The translations under genes and the position numbers were made by a program. A stretch of 64,000 nucleotides of DNA, taken from Mobula hypostoma. Its lineage: Eukaryota. The stretch is from the NCBI RefSeq assembly GCF_963921235.1, contig NC_086097.1, positions 25,112,001-25,176,000 of the forward strand, read 5' to 3'. Below are positions 39,606-50,350 of this stretch, in pieces. Numbering within the stretch: the first letter of the stretch is position 1; every line of letters starts with the position of its first letter. Below the pieces are notes generated by a model. The model ran no database searches, was not told where the DNA came from, and saw only the letters and a list, made by a program, of their open reading frames with translations.

Positions 39606-40529
39606 TCATCAACCTTTTTGATTTTCCCCCATGTTACACTTCAACTCATCCCAATGAGTGCAGTTTTGCCCTACTATCTGTATGTCCTCCCTCACAGTCT
39701 CACTAGACAATGCATCGACTTCTATACCAACTGCTCCATTCTCAGCCTATCCCTCTGTCAAGTTAGCTTAACTCCCCTACCAAGAGTTCTGGTAAACCTG
39801 TCCATCAGGAAAACACAAACGATTAACAGAATTAAATTAGCTATTTAAACTGTTGTTTATTAATTTGAAGAATATGTTTGGTGAATATTCTGATAAAGGT
39901 TTGGGAGGGCTGTGCCATGCTGACCTTGCTCTGTGCATTGTCAAGACCGTGACAATTTGCTTAGTATTACTATATGTGACCTGTATGCTATGAATTGTTA
40001 TATATACAGAAATTGCTGGGTCAGACCAGGAAAAGAATTGCAACTGTTTGGGCTCCTATTGATCTTGGTTAGATCAGACTTTAACTTTACGCTTCAGTAG
40101 ATCCCCCTGCTTCCAACTACCATCGTCGTGTCACTTCAGTTAACCTCTCCACGCATCATTTTGCAGACTCTCTGTGCCCTCCTTGCGGCTCGCATTCTCT
40201 GATTATGTCTTGGTGCTTTTTAAACATTTTCTTTAGAGATGTTGGTATCTGCCCTTGAGAAGATGGTGCAACACAAAAACAAAAATCTGGAGGAATGCAG
40301 AGGGTCAGGCAGCATCTGTGGAGGGAAATGGACTGTCGATATTTCCGATCGACCCTTCATTTGAACTCAAGAAAGCGACGTCTGCTGCACAACCTCAATG
40401 GCTTCTTGAGTTCCAGAATTGAGACCAGGGGAGGCTGAAGGCGCAGCGAAATTTTCTGATCCTTAAAACTATACTCACCAAATAACATCACACTGGGTAT
40501 CTGTAACTTTATATAACTGTCTGTTTGTG

Positions 40530-41615
40530 GAGCAGCACGGTAGCGTAGTGGTTAGTGTAATAGTGCCAGAGATCACTGACTGGGGTTCGATTCCTGCTGC
40601 TGTCTATAAGAAGTTCGTACATTCTCCCTGTGACTGCGTGGGTTTTCCACATTCTAAAGATGTATAATTAGGGTTACTGAACTTTGGGCATGGCATGTTG
40701 GCACCGGAGGCTAACCCCAGCACAAACCTTGGACTATGTTTGTTGTTGACACATTTCATTACGTTTGATGGTTCGATGTACATTTGACGAATAAAGCTAA
40801 TGTCTTTATATAACGTAGATGAAACAGTTGTGAATTCAGTAATGGGAAGCTCCTTTATATTCGTCCCATCTGTTGGAGTGTGGGGCTTCTGGACCTTCCA
40901 ATGTTATCGTGTCCTTGTTTATGCCACAGGATCAGAAAGATAGCTACGTGCTGTGAGCCAGTGAAATCTGCTGGATCCCAGATACTGGGAAGCATAGTGG
41001 TACTGCTAATGGAACTACAAGCTCACAGCTCCAGTGACCCAGTGTGTTTTTTTATTATTACCTATCTACTTATTTATCTAACCATTTATTTATTTATTTA
41101 GAGATACATCACAGTTATAGGCCCTTCTGACCCAAAAAGTCTGCACTGCCCAATTACACCTACAGTACGTGATCAACTAACCTACTAACTGGTACATCTT
41201 TAAGTGTGGGAGGAGAGCGGAGAACCCGGAGGAAACCCATGTTGTCATGGGGAGAACACACAAACTCCTTACAGACAGTGGTGGGAATTGAACCCTGGGT
41301 TGCAAGCACTGCAATAGCGTTACGCTAGCTACTGTGCCACTGTGCATGTTCTCCCTGTGATCACACATACTTTCTCCATGTGCTCTAGTTTCTTCCCACG
41401 TCCCAAAGGCGTGTGGGTTGGTAGGTTCATAGGCTTCAGTAAGTATCCCCTAGTGTGTGGGTAAGGGGTAGAATCTAGAGGAGGGGGGAAGGGGTTGATG
41501 GGATTGTCAGGAGAATAAAATGGGTTTAGTGTAGGATTAGTGCAAGCTGGATGCGTGATGGTCAGCATGGACCTGACAGAATGAAGGGCCTGTTTCTGTG
41601 CTATATGACTGTGAC
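40530..41615. mobile_element. Cluster of V-SINE-like SINEs (+ 40530-40808, - 41090-41340, + 41340-41615)
   Basis: tRNA-like heads (GGTAGCGTAGTGG, GGTTCGATTCC) and V-like cores. Confidence 0.7.
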
Positions 41616-42159
41616 TGAGGATTGTCTTTTGTGTCAAGGTACACTATGTGTGATGTGCAAGTTCTATTGGTAGCATATCAATAATACCAGAATACCTCAT
41701 AATACTAGACTACATTTTCAATATTCACACAACCAGTACAGAAACAACACGTAACATCAAACAGTCTACATCAAAAGATGACAGAAATGACAAAATGCCT
41801 CAAGTAGATTATCACTGTTTAAAGGAAATTACTGAAAATCAATGCAACAGAAATCTAAGGATTAAGAAAAATGTGTTCGCTCTGCAGACACTATGGAACA
41901 AATTTTTTTGTTCTGATTGTATTCTTTCTTGTGAAAATTGTGCATATTTTTTGTTTAACTTACATTTTTCTTATGAATGCTACTTATCTGATGCTATGTG
42001 CCTATGTTGCTGCTGCAAGAATGTTCTTCATTGGACCTGTGCTCATGCATAGGACGATAAACTCAACTCAATCAACTCTGAAATAAAGATATATACTGCT
42101 GAAAATTCTCAAAGATCAGCATTATTTAAAGACAGTTCAAGCTTCTTCTTCTTCTTATG

Positions 42160-42708
42160 TACGGTGCTGTGCCCAAGACATATATATAGCTAGGGTGCCT
42201 AAGACTTTTCCACAGGACTGTATCATCAATGTGGAGTGGAGAGCAAGTTTGTAAGTCTGGCAGCACCAAAGGGTGCTGGGAATGGTGAGGGTGGAGTGCC
42301 GTGAAAAGGACGTGAGACAGCAAGGACAGGCAGAGAAGGAGTGCCAGGGGCAGGAGGAGGCACGGCTGCAGACACACCCAGCCCTGAGATACCAGGCAAG
42401 GTCATTTGATTCCAAACAATCAGTTTATTAATCATTTCAGAATGTCTTTCTGGTGCTTCCTGCTCTCTCCCTCTCCCTTCCCCCTTTCCCAACCATGATT
42501 TCCCTCTTCCTGCCCCCTTCCCACTCTCAGTCCGCAATAGAGCCCCAGATCAAAATCAGGTTTATCATCACTCACATAAGACAAAAATCTGTTTTTTTTT
42601 TTTTTGCAGCAGCAGTACAGTGGAATACATAAAATTACTACAGTACTGTGCAAGAGTCTTAGGCACCCCAGCTATATATGCGTGTCTAAGACCTTTGCAC
42701 AGTACTAT
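42160..42708. mobile_element. Composite non-autonomous element bounded by ~65-bp Tc1-like mini-MITEs
   Basis: TA-CAGTACTGTGCAA.AGTCTTAGGCAC inverted termini at 42639-42708 and a degenerate copy at 42160-42222; related copy at ~23073-23200. Confidence 0.6.
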
Positions 42709-44333
42709 ACATTGAAATACAGTAGAATGCATAATTTGCATCAATGGCCAACACAATCCAAGGATGTATGGGGGCAGTCTGCAAATGTTGCTATGCTTCT
42801 GATGCCATCTTGGTAGGCCTACAACTTTCAAACCCGTACATCTTTAGAAACTGGATCACCCTAAGAAAACTCACAAAGTTAGGGGAAGAACGTGCAAACT
42901 CCTTACTCAGAGCAATGGAACTGAACTCAGGCCACTGGCATTGGAACAATATTATGCTAACTAGCCACTACTCTGTGGTGCCACCTCAAATCTACAGCAA
43001 CTGCAGTTTCTTTAAAATTTTTGGCACAATTTCCTCACCCAACTGCCTCACTACAGCATCTGTAATTTCTTTGAAAGTTTTGGTTCAATTGCCTCCCCCA
43101 CTTAGCTGGAGACAGTACACATGAGATACTGCTTATAATTAACAATTACATTTTTCACTCAACAAAAGGATAAGAGAAATAAAGAGTAATACACACAAAA
43201 TTCTGGAGGAACTCAGCAGGCCAGGCAGCATAAAAGGGAAAAGAGTAAACAGTGGATGTTTCAAGCCGAGACCCTTCATTAAGATAGAGATAAACAGTTG
43301 GCCTGTGAGTTATGGCTCAGTGTTTACAGCATGTGCTAATTATAAATAGAGGTTCTCCAGAGTATCGTCTTGAAGATACTTGAATTGCAAATAGATCTTC
43401 CTAAAAATCCACTCAGCAAGCATCCTGCAATAAGAGAAGGCTCGAAAGAAATCTGAAGACTAAGGGCCACACTAACAAGCTTTAGAATCAGCAGCACAGG
43501 GAGGGAGATCAAGCACTCATGATCACTAAAAGGATTGAATTCTCTTACACCGTTTTGTGTAATATTGTTATTCCACTTGTGAGGTCTGTGTGTTCTTTTC
43601 AATTACAAAGTCAGTCACCAATAATCTGTGTACTAGCCCTTGATTTGGAGACGTGGTGTCTTATTATGACAATCAGTCATTTCTGAGCACTCAGACCTCC
43701 CCTCTTCATTTGCACTCTTTAAAGAATTATTTCGAGATATAGTAAGGTCCTTCCGGCCCAACGAGCCTGTGCCATCCAATTACATCCATGTGACCAATTA
43801 ACCTACTACCTCATACTACGTCTTTGGAACGTGGAAGCAAACTGGAGCACCCAGAAGAAACTCACTTGCATCATAGTATTTCTATACGGGTAGTGCCATT
43901 TCTAGAAAGTGTCTGGGATCCACAAAAACAAAGCAGAGGAAAATTTGCAAGCAGTGAAAACATTGACAGTTGATATTCAATAATTGCAAAGAAATTCATT
44001 TTGGTACAAAATATCATTAGAATATATCACAGAGTGACCTTTTATGGTTGAAATGCTGCAAGTTATGATAACAAATGGAGAAATACAAATTTCAGAGTAG
44101 CTTGTCATTGTGCAAGGACGCTGAGAAAGGTCCGAAATAAAAGAGAGACACTGTCTAGCCTAGCGGTCATCGGAGTAGCGTAAGTCAGAGTAGTAGGGCT
44201 TTGGCTCATCGGTGTTTCGGCGAGGACGGGCCTAGGCAAGGTAAGTTACTTCTTTTTCCCCCTCTCACAAGAATAGTAGGTATGACTGTGAGGCCAGTTT
44301 TCTACTCTGGGTGCCAGATGTGGGATGTCCGGG

Positions 44334-44755
44334 TATCACAACCATGGATTTGGCAACACAGTAAATACGGCAATTGTGCTTCTGAATATGTACGTATCAG
44401 CTAATTATTATTTTAATGTGATCGTATTTAACTCTATACTTGTCGTCGTAGTGCTTGTCGAAACTTGGACACAGCAATGTTTCACTGTCTGCTTCCATTC
44501 TGCCTTGCCTGAGAAATTGGACTGTCGATTCAACTGACTTTGAAGACTAGCGGTATTCGTTTAATATTTAGATGTTCTTTTCAGCTGCAGTGTAGGCTTC
44601 GTTTTCCATTTGAGACTTTTAGTTAACTGCCCTATATGGCCTAGCGTTCGTTGTTTTCTTTCCCCTTTAACACTGTTTGCATTAAAGTCTGTGAACTATC
44701 GACCTGCTTCAGTGTCTCTCACTCCGCACTTGGGCCATATCCGAACACGGTGACA
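44334..44755 (+). mobile_element. Solo Gypsy LTR
   Basis: T(A)TCACA...GTGACA termini; perfect 5-bp TSD CCGGG at 44329-44333 and 44756-44760. Confidence 0.92.
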
Positions 44756-45253
44756 CCGGGAGGCTTTCAGCATCCTTGATGGCCACATCTGCGCCAGGTG
44801 CATCGAGCCGCAGCTCCTTAGAGACCGAGTTAGGGAACTGGAGCTGCAGCTCGATGACCTTCAGCTTGTTAAGGAGAGTGAGGAGGTGATAGACAGGAGC
44901 TACAGACAGGTAGGCACCCAGGGGCCATAGGAGACAGACAAGTGGGTGACCATCAGGAGAGGGAAGGAAGGGCATCAGGTAGTGAAGAGTACCCTTGTGG
45001 CTGTCCCCCTTAACAATAAGTACTCCATTTTGAGTTCTGTTGGTGGGGAAAACCTACCTGGGGGTAGGAGCATTGGCTGTGCCTCTGGCACTGAGTCCGG
45101 CCCTGTGGCTCAGAAGGGTAGGGAATGGAAGAGGATGGCAGCGGTAAAAGCAGGCTCTGTAGTCAGGGGGACAGATAGGTGATTGTATGGGTGTGAAAAA
45201 GAAACAAGGATGGTAGTTTGCCTCCCAGGTGCCAGAGTTCGTGACGTTTCTGA

Positions 45254-46483
45254 AAAGTTGCAGAACCTGGGCCTCTGTACCTCCCTCTGCAATTGGATCA
45301 TAGAAACATAGAAAACCTACAGCACAATACAGGTCCTTTGGCCCACAATGCTGTGCCAAACATGTACTTACTTTAGAAATTACCTAGGATTACCCACAGC
45401 TCTCTATTTTTCTAATCGACTTCCTAACCGGAAGACCACAATCTGTGCGGATTAGTGATAACACCTCCTCCTCGCTGACGATCAACACTGGCGCACCTCG
45501 GGGGTGTGTGCTTAGCCCACTGCTCTACTCTCTATATACCCATGACTGTGTGCTTAGGCATAGCTCAAATACTATCTATGAATTTTCTGATGATACAACC
45601 ATTACTGGTAGAAGCTCAGGTGGTGACAAGAGGGTGTACAGGAGCGTTATGCCAACCAGTGGAGTGGTGTCGCAGCAAAACCTGGCACTCAACATCAGTA
45701 AGATGCAAGAGCTGATAGTGGATTTTCAGAAGGTAAGATGAAGGAACACATACACATACCAATCCTCATAGAGGAATCAGAAGTGGAGAGAGTGAGCAGT
45801 TTCAATTCCTGGGTGTCAGCATCTCTGAGGATCTAACCTGGTCTCAACATATTGATGTAGTTATAAAGAAGGCAAGACAGTGACTATACTTCATTTGGAG
45901 TTTGAAGAGATTTGGTCTGTCAACAAATACAATCAAAAACTTCTATAGATGTACCATGGACAGCATTCTGACAGGCTGCATCACCGATCACCGTCTGGTA
46001 AGAGGGTGGGGAGGGGGGCGCTACTACACAGAAGCTGCAGAGGGTTGTATATTTAGTCAGCTCCATCTTGGGCACAAACCTATGAAGTACCCAGGACATC
46101 TTCAAGGAGCGGTGTCTCAGAAAGGCAGCGTCCATTATTAAGGACCTCCAGCACCCAGGGCATGCCCTTTTCTCACTGTTACCATCAGGTAGGAGGTACA
46201 GAAGCCTGAAGGCACACACTCAGTGATTCAAGAACAGCTTCTTCCCCTCTGCCATCCGATTCCTAAATGAACACTGAACCCTTGGACCCGACCTCACTTT
46301 TTTAATATATATTATTTCTGTTTCTGCACAATTTTTAATCTATTCAATATATGTATGTTTTTATTTATTTATTTAGTTAGTTAGTTTTTTTTCTTCTATA
46401 TTACATATTACATTGAACTGCTGCTGCGAAGTTAACAAATTTCACGACACATGTCGGTGACAATAAACCTGATTCTGATTCTG
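45254..46483 (+). mobile_element. 5'-truncated Rex1/Babar-like LINE, with a CR1 tail inserted at ~45300-45415
   Basis: [31 protein letters not shown] motifs; AATAAACCTGATTCTGATTCTGA tail. Confidence 0.88.
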
Positions 46484-47121
46484 ATATCCTGAAAAGGGAG
46501 GGTGAGCAGCCAGAGGTCGTGGTACATATTGGTAACAACGGCATAGGTAGAAAAAGGATGGAGGTCCTGAAAGCAGAACACAGAGAGTTAAGAAGGAAGC
46601 TGAGAAGCAGGACCTCAAAGATAGTAATCTCAGTATTGCTGCCTTTGTCACGTGACAGTGAGTACAGGAATAGAGTGAGGTGGAGGATAAATGCGTGGCT
46701 GAAGAAATGGAGCTAGGGGCAGGGTTTCAGATTTTTGGATCATTGGGACCTCTTCAGGGGCAGGTGTTGTTGCACGGGGCGACTGAGGAGAACCCAAGTG
46801 CAGGACACCGGTACGTCGACTGAGTTGGGGATGCTGGCGTAGACGTGAACGTAGAACAGCAAACCACAAGGAGACAGGATCTACAGGGACTATCTTGAAA
46901 CTAGAGCAGAACTTGGAACTAAACTTAAAACTAACGGTTCTAAGCAGATGAGAGAACTAAGTATCACACAAGAATAGACCAAAAAACTGGCAACCTGTGT
47001 AGTAACGCCATCGTACTTACTTCACAGTCTCTGATGCAAACCAGGTGTACCGTAATCAAGCAACACACATCAAAGTTGCTGGTGAACGTAGCAGGCCAGG
47101 CAGCATCTATAGGAAGAGGTG

Positions 47122-47158
47122 CAGTCGACGTTTCAGGCCGAGACCCTTCGTCAGGACT
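47122..47158 (-). ncRNA. Minimal type I hammerhead ribozyme motif (core intact)
   Basis: AGTC-CTGACGA-AGGGTCTCGGCCT-GAAA-CGTC^GACT: helix I AGUC/GACU, CUGANGA and GAAA boxes, palindromic ACGU helix III, GUC triplet. Confidence 0.8.
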
Positions 47159-49323
47159 AACTGAAGGAAGAGTTACTAAGAGATTTGAAAGTGGGAAGGG
47201 GAGGGGGAGATCCGAAATGATAGGAGAAGACAGGAGGGGGAGGGATGGAGCCAAGAGCTGGAGAGGTGATTGGCAAAAGGGGATACGAGAGGATCATGGG
47301 ACAGGAGGCCCAGGGAGAGGAAGGAAAATTGGTGGGGGGGGGGGACCCAGAGAGTGGGCAAGGGGTATAGTCAGAGGGACAGAGAGAGAAAAAGGAGAGA
47401 GAGAGAAAGAATGTGTGTATAAAAATAAATAACGGATGGGGTACGAGGGGGAGGTGGGGCATTAGCGGAAGTCAGAGAAGTCAATGTTTATGCCATCAGG
47501 TTGGAGGCTACCCAGATGGAATATAAGGTATTGTTCCTTCAACCTGAGTGTGACTTCATCTTCACAGTAGAGGAGGCCATGGATAGACACGTCAGAATGG
47601 GAATGGGATGTGGAATTAAAATGTGTGGCCACTGGGAGATCCTGCTTTCTCTGGCGGACAGAGCGTAGGTGTTCAGCAAAACGGTCTCCCAGTCTGCGTG
47701 GGGTCTCGCCAATATATAGAAGGCCACATCGGGAGCACTGGACGCAGTATATCACCCCAGCTGACTCACCGGTGAAGTGTCGCCTCACCTGGAAGGACTG
47801 TCTGGGGTCCTGAATGGTGGTGAGGGAGGAAGTGTAAGGGCATGTGTAGCACTTGTTCCGTTTACAAGGATAAGTGCCAGGAGGGAGATCAGTGGGGAGG
47901 GATGGGGGGGGGACGAGTGGACGAGGGAGTCGCGTAGGGAGCAAGTCCTGCGGAAAGCAGAGGGGGGGGGAGGGAAAGACGTGCTTAGTGGTGGGATCCC
48001 GTTGGAGGTGGCAGAAGTTACGGAGAATAATATGTTGGACCCGGAGGCTGGTGGGGTGGTAGGTGAGGACCAGGGGAACCCCATTCCTAGTGGGGTGGCG
48101 GGAGGATCGAGTGAGAGCAGATGTACGTCAAATGGGGGAGATGCGTTTGAGAGCAGAGTTGATGGTGGAGGAAGGGAAGCCCCTTTCTTTAAAAAAGGAG
48201 GACATATCCCTCGTCCTGGAATGAAAAGCCTCATCCTGAGAGCAGATGTGGCGGAGACGGAGGAATTGCGAGAAGGGGATGGCATTTTTGCAAGAGACAG
48301 GGTGAGAAGGGGAATAGTCCAGATAGCTGTGTGAGTCAGTAGGCTTATAGTAGACATCAGTGGATAAGCTGTCTCCAGAGATAGAGACAGAAAGATCTAG
48401 AAAGGGGAGGGAGGACCCCACTAGGAATAGGGTTCCCCTGGTCCTCACCTACCACCCCACCAGCCTCCGGGTCCAACATATTATTCTCCGTAACTTCCGC
48501 CACCTCCAACGGGATCCCACCACTAAGCACATCTTTCCCTCCCCCCCTCTCTCTGCTTTCCGCAGGGATCGCTCCCTACGCGACTCCCTTGTCCATTCGT
48601 ACCCCCCATCCCTCCCCACTTATCCGTGTAAGCGGAACAAGTGCTACATATGCCCTTACACTTCCTCCCTTACCACCATTCAGGGCCCCAGACAGTCCTT
48701 CCAGGTGAGGCAACACTTCACCTGTCAGTCGGCTGGGGTGATATACTGCGTCCGGTGCTCCCGATGTGGCCTTCTATACATTGGCGAGACCCCACGCAGA
48801 CTGGGAGACCATTTTGCTGAACACCTACGCTCTGTCCACCAGAGAAAGCAGGATCTCCCAGTGGCCACACATTTTAATTCCACATCCCATTCACATTCTG
48901 ACATGTCTATCCACGGCCTCCTCTACTGTGAAGATGAAGCCACACTCAGGTTGGAGGAACAACACCTTATATTTCTTCTGGGTAGCTTCCAACCTGATGG
49001 CATAAACATTAGCTTCTCTAACTTCCGCTAATGCCCCACCTCCCCCTTGTACCCCATCCGCTATTTATTTTTATACACACATTCTTTCCCTCACTCTCCT
49101 TTTTCTCCCTCTGTCCCTCTGACTATACCTCTTGCCCATCCTCTGGGTCCCCCCCCCTTTTCCTTCTCCCTGGGCCTCCTGTCCCATGATCCTCTCATAT
49201 CCCCTTTGCCAATCACCTGTCCGACTCTTGGCTCCATCCCTCCCCGTCCTGTCTTCTCCTATCATTTTGGATCTCCCTCTCCCCCTCCCACTTTCAAATC
49301 TCTTACTAACTCTTCCTTCAGTT

Positions 49324-49360
49324 AGTCCTGACGAAGGGTCTCGGGCTGAGACGTCGACTG
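49324..49360 (+). ncRNA. Hammerhead ribozyme motif, GAAA box mutated to GAGA
   Basis: AGTC-CTGACGA-AGGGTCTCGGGCT-GAGA-CGTC-GACTG. Confidence 0.65.
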
Positions 49361-50350
49361 TACCTCTTCATAGAGATGCTACCTGGCCTGCTGCGTTCAC
49401 CAGCAACTTTGATGTGTGTTGCTTGAATTTCCAGCATCTGCAGAATTCCTCTTGTGTACCGTAATTAAGTAAACCAGCAGCAATTGGAAATCTAATGGCT
49501 GAAATTAGGGCATAATCAGGGAGAAAGGAGCATTAAAGGGGAACAACCAAACAGAACCATGACAGATGTGACCTGTACAAAAAGGACGGGTTGCACTTGA
49601 ATTCGAGGGGGACCAATATCCTGGTGGGGAGGTTTGCTAATGCTATTGGGGAGGGTTTAAACTAGATTTGCAGCGGGGTGGGAACTGAACTGAAGAAGCG
49701 GAGGATGGGGAGGTTGAAGCACAAGTAGAGACGGCTTGTAGGGAGTTTGTGAGGAAGTTTATGCAGATGTTAGAGCAAAGATGCACTCAGCCTGATAGTT
49801 TGAGAGGTGTCTATTTTAATATAAGAAGAATCATAAACGAGGTGGATGAACTTAGATCGTGGAACTATGACATTGTGGCCATTCCAGAGACTTGGATGTC
49901 TCGGGAGCAGTAATGGCTGCTTAGTGTGCCAGACTTTGGATGTTTCAAAAAGAACAGAAAGGGAGGCAAAAGAGCTGGGGGTGTGGCATTGCTAATCAGG
50001 GATAGTGGCAGGGCTACAGAAAAGGAGGAAATCATGGAGGCATGATCTACTGAGTTAGTGTGGGTGAAAGTCAGAAACAGGAAAGGGGCAATAACTCTAC
50101 CACAGCATTGGAGAGGGATTGGAGCAGACAAGTTAGGAAGGCGTTTAATTGGAGTAAGGGGAAATATGAAGCTATCAGGCAGGAGCTTGGGAGCATAAAT
50201 TGGGAGCAGATGTTCTCAGAGAAATGCACAGCAGAAATGTGGCATATGTTCAGGGAACGTTTGCATGGAGTTGCACATAGGTATGTTCCATTGAGGTAGG
50301 GAGAGGATGGTAGATTTTCAACAGCCTTTGTACAACATGGTTCCTATACC

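Larger units (their letters stand above)
47057..49453. mobile_element. Inverted (tail-out) Penelope-like element pair: minus arm 47057-48414, plus arm 48415-49453
   Basis: Each arm encodes a GIY-YIG region (GVIYCV.CSRCGLLYIGET); perfect 12-bp TSD GTGTACCGTAAT at 47045-47056 and 49454-49465. Confidence 0.95.
46768..49564 (-). mobile_element. Second-family solo LTR split by the Penelope palindrome
   Basis: TGT...ACA termini; 5-bp TSD GGTGT (46763-46767) / GATGT (49565-49569); shares GCACTTGGG near its end with the other LTR family. Confidence 0.75.
44150..50312 (+). mobile_element. 5' part of a CR1-like LINE (UTR, ORF1, APE) split by several nested insertions
   Basis: ORF1 pieces at ~44280-44333, 44756-45253, 46484-46767 and 49565-49660 rejoin; APE motifs to 50312. 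Confidence 0.85.

Noticed and set aside
40480..40505. Possible 22-nt minus-strand exon with a gtgagt donor
   Set aside because: The acceptor lacks a pyrimidine tract.
37806..44755. Two same-orientation LTRs as the ends of one provirus
   Set aside because: The 44334-44755 LTR has CCGGG on both sides, so it is an independent solo LTR. The first LTR's left flank (ATCGT) does not match.
48360..49031. 223-aa GIY-YIG ORF as a domesticated nuclease gene
   Set aside because: It spans the inversion junction of a TE palindrome, has a non-ATG start and closely matches the other PLE copies.
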